This document shows positions 43,388-52,275 of a DNA stretch of 52,275 bases, in pieces; position 1 is the first letter of the stretch, and every line of letters begins with the position of its first letter. A model generated the notes under the pieces. The model made no database searches. It saw only the letters and a program-made list of their open reading frames with translations, and was not told the DNA's origin. A program made the translations under genes and the position numbers. The DNA comes from Burkholderiales bacterium (GTDB lineage: Bacteria; Pseudomonadota; Gammaproteobacteria; Burkholderiales; SG8-39), in assembly GCA_035549805.1 (NCBI GenBank), contig DASZQH010000245.1:1-52275 (forward strand). The letters are read 5' to 3'.

Positions 43388-44229
43388 GGCAGCGTGAAGC
43401 GCGCGACGTCGGCCCTGGCGTGGGCCTGCAGGTCGACCTCGCGGTCGTTGTAGGTGATCCGCACGCTGGAGGCGTTGCCCACCACGAGGCTGCACGGCGG
43501 CGCGCAGTTCACCACCCGTTCCGTGCCGCCGGGCTGCAGGGAGGAAATGAGCAGCTTCCCGGCGCCGTTGGTCACCTCGAGCCACGCCTCCTCCTCGAAC
43601 TGCAACCGCAGGCGGTTGGGGCCGGCGACCGCCTTCGGCGCGGACGCCACCACGACCGGCGCCGCTGGTTTGGCTTCGGGTTTGGTTTCGGGTTTGGCTT
43701 CGGACTTCGCTTCGGGCTTGGCGACGGGCTCAGCCTTCTTCACCGTGGCCTCGACCTTCTTCGCCACCGTCTCGACTTTCGCAACCTGCACCGGCTGCTC
43801 CTTCGCCGGGGAAACGAACTGCGCCACCGGCCGCTCGTGGCGCCATTCGTAGAGGAGCCCGCCGGCGAGCGCGAGCACGCCCGCGGACAGCACCAGGTAG
43901 AGCAGGGTCGAGCGGCGCCCGCCGTCGGAGAACGGCACCGGCTGGTTGAAGCGCGCCGAGAGCTGCGGCGTCGGGTCGGGCGCCTCGACGCGCCCCGCCA
44001 TGCGCTCGAGCAGAGGCTCGGGCTCCAGCTTGAGGAAGCGCGCGTAGGTGCGGACCATGCCGCGGGCGATCGTCGGGCCGGGCAGCGAGTCGAAGCGCTC
44101 GGCCTCGAGCGCCTCGAGCTGGCGCGGCATGAACTTCAGCTGCTGCGCGACGTCGTGGTGCGAAAGGCCGAGGGCCTTGCGCGCTTCGGCGAGCGCGCTG
44201 CCGACGCCCAGGCCTGCGGCTTCAGTCAA
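43384..44229 (-). CDS. rodZ: RodZ-like cytoskeleton protein (HTH + TM + C-terminal domain)
   Basis: 281 aa, TTG start; [31 protein letters not shown], one TM segment, and a KPE-rich linker. Confidence 0.85.
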
Positions 44230-45013
44230 ATTCCCCTCGCTGCAGCGATTGGTACTCGGCCGAGTTCGGGAAGCGGCGCCGCAACTGGGTGGCGTAGCTC
44301 GCCTCGGCAGTGCGCGCGCCGGTCCGCCGCTCGATGCGCAGGGCGAGCCACAGCGACTCGGCGCTCGGCTCGGCGATCTTCCCGTACCGGGACACGAGGC
44401 GCCGGGCTTCGTCGAGCCTGCCCTGGCGGTAGCGGATCTGGCCCATCTGCAGCGTGGCGACGGGATCGTCGGGCTCCAGGCGCAGCGAGCGCTCGAAGTA
44501 CTGCTCCGCGTCCTTGTAGTTCTTCAGCCGCATGGTGCAGACGCCGGCGGCGGAGTACGAGCGCCAGGGCGCCTGGTAGAGCGGATTGCGCAGCGCGGTC
44601 AGGAAATACTTGATCGAGTCGGTTTCCCGCTGCGTCTGGCAGAGGAACCAGCCGTAGTTGTGGTTCACGTCCGGGTCGCCCGGCGCGAGGCGCAGCGCGC
44701 GGTCGAAGCTCTGCTCCGCGAGGCGGTTCTCCCGCAGGTCCTGGTACACGATGCCGAACATCATGTGCGCCGGCGCGTAGGTCGCGTCCGCGCTCGCCGC
44801 GACGCGCAGCTCCTCGAGGGCGACCGCCATGTTGCCGCGCGCGTGGTAGAGCGACGCGAGCTCGGTGTGCAGGCGAGCGCGGTTGCGCGGCTCGCCGCTT
44901 TCGCCGACCTGCGTGCCGGTCTCGACCGTCGGCCCCTCGGGCAGGTCCGTGGTGCCGCCGGCGCATCCGGCGAGCAGCGTCGCGGCGCCGAGCGCCGCCA
45001 GCGTGGTCCTCAT
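44222..45013 (-). CDS. pilW: Type IV pilus biogenesis/stability TPR lipoprotein PilW (PilF of Pseudomonas)
   Basis: 263 aa; lipobox LLAGC plus TPR repeats; conserved rlmN-pilW-rodZ-ispG order. Confidence 0.85.
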   Translation of the reverse strand: MRTTLAALGAATLLAGCAGGTTDLPEGPTVETGTQVGESGEPRNRARLHTELASLYHARGNMAVALEELRVAASADATYAPAHMMFGIVYQDLRENRLAEQSFDRALRLAPGDPDVNHNYGWFLCQTQRETDSIKYFLTALRNPLYQAPWRSYSAAGVCTMRLKNYKDAEQYFERSLRLEPDDPVATLQMGQIRYRQGRLDEARRLVSRYGKIAEPSAESLWLALRIERRTGARTAEASYATQLRRRFPNSAEYQSLQRGEFD

Positions 45014-46098
45014 GCCCTCACCTCCCTGATCGTCGTGACGCCGCGCGTTCGCCGCGTGCGGTCGGCCACATCCCCCGCGAGCTGGCCGCAGGCCGCCGCG
45101 ATGTCGTCACCACGCGTCTTGCGCGTGGTGACCGTGAGCCCGGCGCGGCGCAGGATGTCCGCGAAGCGCGCGATGCGCTCCGGCGGCGAGCGCCGGAACT
45201 CCGAGCGGGGAAACGGATTGAACGGTATGAGGTTGAACTTGCAGCGCACCTTCGCCGCCAGGCCCACCAGCTCGCGCGCGTTGGCGTCGGCATCGTTGAC
45301 GCCGTCGAGCATCACGTACTCCATGGTCACGAAGTCGCGCGGCGCCCGGTCGAGGTAGCGGTTGCAGGCGGCGATCAGGTCCGCGATCGGATACTTTCGG
45401 TTCACCGGGACGAGCCGGTCGCGCAGCGCGTCGTTCGAGGCGTGCAGCGAGACCGCGAGCGCCACCGGGCATTCGTCGCGCAGCCGGTCCATGCCGGGGA
45501 CCACGCCCGAGGTCGACACGGTGACGCGGCGCCGCGAGAGGCCGTAGGCGTTGTCGTCGAGCATCAGGCGCAGCGCGGGAATCACCGCGTCGAGGTTCAG
45601 CAGCGGCTCGCCCATGCCCATCATCACGACGTTGGACACCGGCCGCGGATCCGTTTCGCTCCTCAATTCCCGGTTGGCGAGCCAGAGCTGACCGATGATC
45701 TCGCCGGTGGAAAGGTTGCGGTTGAAGCCCTGCTTGCCCGTGGCGCAGAACGCACAGTCGAGCACGCATCCCGCCTGGCTCGAGACGCACAGCGTGCCCC
45801 TCTCCGCCTCCGGGATGAATACCGCTTCCACGGCGTTGGCGCCATCGACGGCGACCAGCCATTTGCGCGTGCCGTCTGCCGCCGTCGTGTCTCCGACCGT
45901 GACCGGGGCGCGAATCGCCGCGACCTGCCCGAGCTTCTCGCGCAGGTCCTTCGCCAGGTCGCTCATGGAAGCGAAGTCCGCCGCGCCGCGCTGGTGGATC
46001 CAGCGCAGCACCTGCCGGGCGCGGAAAGGCTTCTCGCCCAGCTCCTCGAAGTAGCGCGCGAGTCCCTCCGCGTCCAGGTCGAGGAGGTTCTTCTTCAA
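45010..46098 (-). CDS. rlmN: 23S rRNA/tRNA adenine-C2 methyltransferase (radical SAM)
   Basis: 362 aa; [18 protein letters not shown] radical-SAM cluster motif. Confidence 0.95.
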   Translation of the reverse strand: MKKNLLDLDAEGLARYFEELGEKPFRARQVLRWIHQRGAADFASMSDLAKDLREKLGQVAAIRAPVTVGDTTAADGTRKWLVAVDGANAVEAVFIPEAERGTLCVSSQAGCVLDCAFCATGKQGFNRNLSTGEIIGQLWLANRELRSETDPRPVSNVVMMGMGEPLLNLDAVIPALRLMLDDNAYGLSRRRVTVSTSGVVPGMDRLRDECPVALAVSLHASNDALRDRLVPVNRKYPIADLIAACNRYLDRAPRDFVTMEYVMLDGVNDADANARELVGLAAKVRCKFNLIPFNPFPRSEFRRSPPERIARFADILRRAGLTVTTRKTRGDDIAAACGQLAGDVADRTRRTRGVTTIREVRA

Positions 46099-46520
46099 CG
46101 GGGGAACACCTCGAGCGCGGCGAAGAAATACGCGATCTCGGTACGCGCGGTGTCCGGCCCGTCGGAGCCGTGCACGGCGTTCGCATCGATCGACTCGGCG
46201 AAGTCGGCGCGGATCGTTCCCTTCGCCGCCTTCTTCGGGTCGGTGGCGCCCATCAGCTCGCGGTTCTTCGCGATCGCGTTCTCGCCCTCCAGCACCTGGA
46301 CGAGCACCGGCCCGGAGACCATGAAGTCGACGAGATCCTTGAAGAACGGGCGCTCGCGGTGCACGGCGTAGAAGCCCTCCGCCTGCGGGCGCGACAGGTG
46401 CATCATCCGCGCCGCCGCGATGCGCAGGCCTGCCGCCTCGAACCGCGCCATGATTTGGCCGATCGCCTTCTTCTTGACCGCGTCGGGCTTGATGATCGAA
46501 AGGGTCCTCTCCACTGCCAT
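46095..46520 (-). CDS. ndk: Nucleoside-diphosphate kinase
   Basis: 141 aa; [12 protein letters not shown]...NAVHGSD. Confidence 0.97.
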   Translation of the reverse strand: MAVERTLSIIKPDAVKKKAIGQIMARFEAAGLRIAAARMMHLSRPQAEGFYAVHRERPFFKDLVDFMVSGPVLVQVLEGENAIAKNRELMGATDPKKAAKGTIRADFAESIDANAVHGSDGPDTARTEIAYFFAALEVFPR

Positions 46521-47802
46521 TCCCGATTCTCCGTGAGCGCTATGAAAAATTAGCCCGCGAGTTTACCACGCGCAGGCGCGGATTCACGCAAAAACAAGGC
46601 CTTAGGTCTTTGCTTGCCAGCGCGGCAGCGCGCCATCGCGCGCCTGGAATCGCGCGTCGAGGCCAAGCCCGGGCACCCACACGAGATCGTCGCCGCAGAA
46701 GAGCAGCGGGAGCCGATCGCGCTCGTGCGGCGGCACGCCGGCTTCCTGGAACAGATTCTTGAGCGTGCGGCGCGGGCGCTTCGGGTCGGGCTGCAGCCGC
46801 TCGCCGCCGCTGCGCAGGCGAAAGGAAAAAGGCTTCTCCTTCAACAACGTGGCATCCACGCCGAGCGGCGCGCGGGCGAACGTCACCACGCCGCCCAGCG
46901 CCGGGATCGCCAGCCGCTTTTCGCCCTTCCAGCGCAGGCCGTGGAACGCCCGCGGCCGGTCGACGGCTTCGACGGAAACACGGCCGCGATAAACGCGCAG
47001 CATCTTGCCGTCGTGGCGCAGCGCCGTGCGCGCGCCGCCCGACTGCAGCTGCTTGAGCATCTCGACCAGCCGGGCCTCGCCCGGCGCGCGCAGCCCGCGC
47101 GCGCGCAGGAACTCGCGCAGCAGATCGGAGGCGTCCGCCTCGTCGCGCGCCGCAAGGCGTGCCGTTCGCGCGATGCCTTCGCGCCAGCGCGGGAACCTTG
47201 CTTCCAGCAGCGGTGCGACCCGCCTGCGCAGGAAGTTGCGCGTCAGGGCTTCGTCGTCGTTGCTCTCGTCCTCGATCCAGCGCAGCTCGTGCGCTTGCGC
47301 GTACGCCTCGATGGACGCGCGCGGCACCTCGAGCAGGGGACGCAGCAGGACCTTGCCGCCGTGGCGCCCGCGCGCCGGCATCCCGCTCAGCCCGCGCCGG
47401 CCCGCGCCGCGCAGCAGGTTGAGGAGCACCGTCTCGGCCTGGTCGTCCAGATGATGGGCGAGCGCGACCGCGTCTCCCTTGACCGCGCGAAACGCTTCGT
47501 ATCGCGCCTTGCGCGCGGCGGCCTCCAATCCTTCTCCCGCCCTTGTGACGCGCACTCGCTTCGTGCTCAGGGGAACCTTCAACTGCCGGCACACCCACTG
47601 ACAGAAGCGTTGCCACTTGGCCGCGTTCGGGCTCAGGCCGTGATGCACGTGCAGGGCGGAAAGCCGGAAGCCGTGCCGGGCCTTCAGCCCGCGCAGGACG
47701 TGGAGCAGAACGACGGAATCCACCCCGCCCGAGAGCGCCACGACGACGTGCTTCTTCCCGAGGAGAGCGCCGGCGAGGAACGCGTCCGCCGCGCGCGCGG
47801 GG

Positions 47803-48771
<969 letters not shown>

Positions 48772-48802
48772 CGGGGGGCGATTCTACCCCTGCCCCGCGG
48801 CT

Positions 48803-49420
48803 TCAATATTCGACCGGGACGGGGTCGAGGGACCGCCACAGGTACCAGGTGGCCACCGAGCGCCACGGGCGCCACGTCTCGCCCAGGCGCTTCATGGTCC
48901 TGACGGAGACCTTGCGGCCGCCGAAATAGGCGACCCGGATGCCCTTCTGCAGGCCGAGGTCGTCGAGCGGGAAGACGTCCGGGCGCAGCAGGTTGAAGAT
49001 GAGGAACATCTCCGCGGTCCAGCGGCCGATGCCGCGCACCTCGACCAGCTCGGCGATGATCGCCTCGTCGTCCATCTGCGGCCACTTGTGGACGTGGATG
49101 CGGCCGTCGGCGAAGTGCTGCGCCAGGTCCGCGATGTACTCCACCTTGCGATCCGAGAAGCCGCAGGCGCGCAGCGCAGGCCTCTTCTGCCGGAGCACGT
49201 TCGCCGGCGTCACGGCGCCGACGCAGGCCTCGAAGCGGTTCCACACGCTCTGCGCGGCCTTCACGGAGATCTGCTGTCCGACGATCGCGCGCGCCAGCGT
49301 GAAGAACGGCTCGCCGCGCGGCTGCAGGTACACCTTCGGATGCGCCCTGATGACGGCGCGCAGGACAGGATCGGCCCGGCCGAGCGCGCGCTTCGCGCGC
49401 TCCCAGTATTCAGGCTTCAT
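48803..49420 (-). CDS. DNA-3-methyladenine glycosylase II-like (HhH-GPD superfamily)
   Basis: 205 aa; IVGQQISVKAAQSVW...LVEVRGIGRWTAEMFLIF...DVFPLDDLGL (catalytic Asp context). Confidence 0.85.
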   Translation of the reverse strand: MKPEYWERAKRALGRADPVLRAVIRAHPKVYLQPRGEPFFTLARAIVGQQISVKAAQSVWNRFEACVGAVTPANVLRQKRPALRACGFSDRKVEYIADLAQHFADGRIHVHKWPQMDDEAIIAELVEVRGIGRWTAEMFLIFNLLRPDVFPLDDLGLQKGIRVAYFGGRKVSVRTMKRLGETWRPWRSVATWYLWRSLDPVPVEY

Positions 49421-50309
49421 TCAGCGGCAGGTTGAGGAGCAGGTTCTGCGGCTTCATCCGCACCACGCCCTCCTCGTCCGCCGAGAGCGCGAGGTAGACC
49501 GATCGCCCCGCGATGTCCGGCCGCATCGCCGCCGGATCCTCGAACTGCAGCGCGAAGAGCGAGAGGATCCGCCGCATGCGGCCCTGCTCCACCTGCGTTC
49601 CCGCCCACAGGTCGTTGAGGATCGCGGTCGACTCGGCGTCGAGGCCGGCATGCCAGGCCCACGGATGCTCGTCGATCTGGCGGAGCGGCCTGATTCTCGT
49701 CTTGAGCGCATACAGGTGCTCGATCCACCTTTCCATGACGCGGCAGAAAGCGTCGAGCGCGGGGCGGCCGTACGTCATGCTCACCACCGTGTCGTGGCGC
49801 GACTCGCGCTCCCAGTAGATCGCGGCGTTGGCGCGGTCGAGGACGTCGAGGTCCACCTTGGCGAGGTCGCCCTGCGCCTCGACGATCAGGCGGCCGATGC
49901 TGCCGAAGCGGTTGCCCGACGCGTGCATCTCGACCGTCTCCTGGTCGGCGAGCAGGACGTGGCCGTCCTGGATCGTCGCCTTCTGCTCGCGGAAGAAGAG
50001 CTCCGCGGCGCGCAGCCGGAGCGGATCGTCGCAGCCGTCAAGGACGTTGCGCAGGATGACGTGGACGAGCTGCTCGATGAACATCGGCGGTATGTCGATC
50101 GCGCTCTTGAAGAGGCTCATGTAGCAGCCCTCGACCGTCCCGGCCTCGAGGAGCCGGTCGCGGAAGCGCAGCACCACCCGGTAGTTGTGGATCGCGTCCT
50201 CGTCGCCGACGGCGCCGATCTCCGCTTCCGCGACCGCCCTCCGCGGCGACTCCATGAGGGACGCGTGGAGCGCGTGCTCGGCGTCGTTCGATTCCTCGAC
50301 CGGATGCAC
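49410..50309 (-). CDS. Conserved hypothetical protein (possibly DUF6352-like); true 5' end probably near 50432
   Basis: The listed ORF starts at GTG 50309. The 41 in-frame codons upstream (LPEGFLPDFWRNSGFHLLERDPAGRLKVTDDFLRAYYLRPE) have protein-like composition and high GC3 but contain no ATG/GTG/TTG. The stop overlaps the glycosylase start by 11 nt. Confidence 0.6.
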   Translation of the reverse strand: MHPVEESNDAEHALHASLMESPRRAVAEAEIGAVGDEDAIHNYRVVLRFRDRLLEAGTVEGCYMSLFKSAIDIPPMFIEQLVHVILRNVLDGCDDPLRLRAAELFFREQKATIQDGHVLLADQETVEMHASGNRFGSIGRLIVEAQGDLAKVDLDVLDRANAAIYWERESRHDTVVSMTYGRPALDAFCRVMERWIEHLYALKTRIRPLRQIDEHPWAWHAGLDAESTAILNDLWAGTQVEQGRMRRILSLFALQFEDPAAMRPDIAGRSVYLALSADEEGVVRMKPQNLLLNLPLNEA

Positions 50310-50424
50310 CTCCGGGCGCAGGTAGTACGCGCGCAGGAAGTCGTCGGTGACCTTCAGCCGGCCGGCCGGGTCGCGCTCGAGAAGATGAAAACCGCTATTG
50401 CGCCAGAAGTCGGGCAGAAAACCT

Positions 50425-51003
50425 TCAGGCAGGCGTCAGGACCAGGCGCGAATGCGACGCGACGTGCTGCTTCAGGAACTCCATCTGGTCGGCGAGGATG
50501 CGGCGGTTGGTGAGGATCAGGTATTCCGCCTTGTTCGGCACGTACGGCGCGTAGAGGAGCTGCATCCCCGATTCCTCCGGCAGGCGATTGCGCTTGTGGC
50601 CGTTGCAATGCCGGCACGCGGCGACGACGTTCATCCACGTGTCCCGCCCGCCGCGCGAAAGCGGGGTGATGTGGTCGCGGGTCAGGCGGAAGTAGTTGAA
50701 CTCGCCGCCGCAGTAGGCGCACATGTGCCGGTCGCGGCGGAACAGCTCGCGGTTGTTGAGCGGCGGCACCTGGTTGAAGCCCTTCGCGGCGAGCGCCTTG
50801 CCCTTGACCGCGATGATGGAGTGCGCCGTGATGCTGGAGCGCTCGCCGGTGATGCGGGAGATGCCCCCGTAGTACGTGAACGTCTCGTCCCCCAGCGTCC
50901 ACGCGACGAGGTTCTTCGCATAGTAGAAGCACGCCTGCTGCCAGCTGATCCACCGGTGCGGAACACCGTGGGCGTCGAGCGAGAGGATGAGAGGATGGTC
51001 CAT
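50425..51003 (-). CDS. HNH endonuclease
   Basis: 192 aa; CAYCGGEFNYFRLTRDHITPLSRGGRDTWMNVVAACRHCNGHK (HNH with a CxxC...CxxC zinc site). Confidence 0.88.
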   Translation of the reverse strand: MDHPLILSLDAHGVPHRWISWQQACFYYAKNLVAWTLGDETFTYYGGISRITGERSSITAHSIIAVKGKALAAKGFNQVPPLNNRELFRRDRHMCAYCGGEFNYFRLTRDHITPLSRGGRDTWMNVVAACRHCNGHKRNRLPEESGMQLLYAPYVPNKAEYLILTNRRILADQMEFLKQHVASHSRLVLTPA

Positions 51004-51023
51004 GGCAAAAATCGTGCTACGCG

Positions 51024-51052
51024 ATTCTGCCTATGCCCGCCATGCTTGGCAA
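51024..51052 (-). promoter_or_regulatory. Candidate sigma70 promoter for the HNH gene (TTGCCA-N17-CAGAAT on the minus strand)
   Basis: Read from the sequence. The -10 element ends about 20 nt before ATG 51003. No SD is visible in between. Confidence 0.3.
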
Positions 51053-51090
51053 TCCCCGTGAAAATCAAGGAACTGCGGGAGGAACTTCTC

Positions 51091-51381
51091 CTACTTCTTG
51101 TCGACCGCTTCCTTGAAGCCCTGCCCCGCGGCGAATGCCGGAAGCGTCTTCGCGTGGATGCGGATTTCCTTGCCGTTGACGGGGCTGCGGCCGGAGCGCG
51201 CCTTGCGCCTGCGGGGGAGGAAGGTGCCGAAGCCGACGACCGTGACCCGATTGCCCTTGGCGACGTTCTGGACGATGGCGTCGAAGAGCGCGTTCACCGC
51301 CTCGCCCGCCGCCGCCTTGCTGACATTGCCCGCTTTCGCCGCGACCTGCACCAGGTCGGACTTGGTGACCACCGATGGCAT
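51091..51381 (-). CDS. HU-family nucleoid-associated DNA-binding protein
   Basis: Internal ATG 51381 (GGAGGGG upstream) gives MPSVVTKSDLVQVAAKAGNVSKAAAGEAVNALFDAIVQNVAKGNRVTVVGFGTF...NGKEIRIHAKTLPAFAAGQGFKEAV; 96 aa. Confidence 0.9.
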   Translation of the reverse strand: MPSVVTKSDLVQVAAKAGNVSKAAAGEAVNALFDAIVQNVAKGNRVTVVGFGTFLPRRRKARSGRSPVNGKEIRIHAKTLPAFAAGQGFKEAVDKK

Positions 51382-51465
51382 TCGATCCCCTCCGGCGACG
51401 ATGCTACCCAAACGAAAATCGAAATTCAACGCGCGCTGCTACACTAAAGGTTCAGAGGAGGAGTC

Positions 51466-52275
51466 ATGAACACATTTCACAAGTGCAATGCCGCCGCGCT
51501 CGTCGCTGCAGCCGCGTTCGCGCTTCCCGCGCACGCCCAGGCGCCGCTCACGTTTTCCTCGTGGGTGCCGCCGACGCATCACCTCACCATCTGGCAGCAG
51601 AACTGGGCCGCCGACGTGGAAAAGGCCACGGGCGGACGCGTGAAGTTCCAGTCGCTGCCCAAGGCGCCCGCCGCGCCTCCCGGGACCTTCGACGCGGTAC
51701 GCGACGGCCTGGTCGACGTGTCGTACGTGACGGCGAGCTATACGCCGGCGCGGCATATCCTGCCGCTGATGGCCGAGCTCCCGGGCGCCGGCGACACCGC
51801 CGAGGTCAACTCGGTCGCGTTCTCGCGCATCCACTGGAAGCACTTCCACAAGTACGGCGAGTACAAGGGCGTGAAGCTGCTCGCCGTCTGGACCCATGGC
51901 CCCGGGCAGATGTTCACCAAGAAGCCGATCAAGGCGATCGGCGACTTCCAGAACCTCAAGATCCGCACCGGCGGCGGCATCGCCGAGAAGACGGCCAACG
52001 CGCTGGGCGCTTCCGCTTTCGTGAAGCCCGCGCCCGAGTCCTACGAGCTGCTGAGCTCCGGCGTCGCCGACGGGGTGTTCTTCCCGTTCGAGTCCATCGT
52101 CTCGTTCAAGCTCGACAAGCTGATCGGCCAGGCGACGGTGTTCCCGGGCGGGCTGTACAGCTCCGCGTTCGGCTTCTTCATGAACGAGGACAAGTGGAAC
52201 AAGCTCGCCAAGCAGGACCAGGCGATCATCGAGAAGTACGCCGGCGAGTACGCGGCGCGCAGCAACGGCCAGTCG
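51466..52275 (+). CDS. TRAP transporter substrate-binding protein (DctP family), N-terminal 270 aa; runs off the window end
   Basis: Not in the ORF track (no stop in the window). ATG 51466 is preceded by GAGGAGGAG. Sequence: MNTFHKCNAAALVAAAAFALPAHAQAPLTFSSWVPPTHHL...LKIRTGGGIAEKT...FPFESIVSFKLDKL. Confidence 0.8.
   Translation, partial: MNTFHKCNAAALVAAAAFALPAHAQAPLTFSSWVPPTHHLTIWQQNWAADVEKATGGRVKFQSLPKAPAAPPGTFDAVRDGLVDVSYVTASYTPARHILPLMAELPGAGDTAEVNSVAFSRIHWKHFHKYGEYKGVKLLAVWTHGPGQMFTKKPIKAIGDFQNLKIRTGGGIAEKTANALGASAFVKPAPESYELLSSGVADGVFFPFESIVSFKLDKLIGQATVFPGGLYSSAFGFFMNEDKWNKLAKQDQAIIEKYAGEYAARSNGQS

Noticed and set aside
46521-46601. Sigma70 promoter upstream of ndk (TTGCGT ... TAAACT)
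   Set aside because: The spacer counts to 20 nt, not 17, and the alternative -10 (TGGTAA) is poor. The evidence is too weak to call.
50415-50440. Programmed +1 frameshift fusing the HNH endonuclease to the downstream DUF protein at GCC-UGA-A
   Set aside because: There is no slippery or re-pairing context (GCC to CCU), and no upstream SD-like stimulator in the manner of prfB. Coupled reinitiation or a non-canonical start is the simpler explanation.

Overview
High-GC (about 68-70%) proteobacterial chromosome segment. Almost all of it is conserved housekeeping synteny of the kind I know from Betaproteobacteria. The blocks are cysS; TPR-LDT-ppiA-lpxH; leuCDB-asd-fimV-truA-trpFBA-accD-folC-SPOR-cvpA-purF-metZ; ndk-rlmN-pilW-rodZ-ispG-hisS-yfgM-bamB-der; and accA-tilS. 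Most genes lie on the minus strand and many are joined by 4-nt ATGA/GTGA overlaps. I saw no rRNA, tRNA, CRISPR array, transposase or integrase. The only clearly accessory region is the left end (1-7633). It holds a giant DUF4347/cadherin-like/VCBS-type adhesin gene that runs off the window and is absent from the ORF track because it has no in-window stop. Directly upstream, and translationally coupled to it, is an unusual ORF fusing an M50 (site-2 protease) membrane core to a HlyD-type periplasmic adaptor. Both sit behind an AT-rich island that carries a perfect 11-bp direct repeat. This protease-adaptor plus adhesin pair is my best candidate for an undescribed system. Other observations worth a second look:
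- A 512-aa ATP-dependent DNA ligase wedged between accD and folC, with overlapping stop/start codons on both sides.
- A eukaryote/archaeal-type HisRS in the conserved hisS slot.
- A possible SAM-II-like leader with a terminator/SD-sequestering hairpin before metZ.
- An overlapping HNH endonuclease / DUF protein / AlkA-like glycosylase trio in which the middle gene lacks a canonical start codon.
- A 990-aa membrane/spermidine-synthase-like fusion.
- Several palindromic candidate operators.
All family assignments come from motif recognition by eye and memory; nothing was searched against a database. Start codons are best guesses. The many long Arg-rich or Ala/Pro-rich ORFs opposite real genes are high-GC shadow frames.
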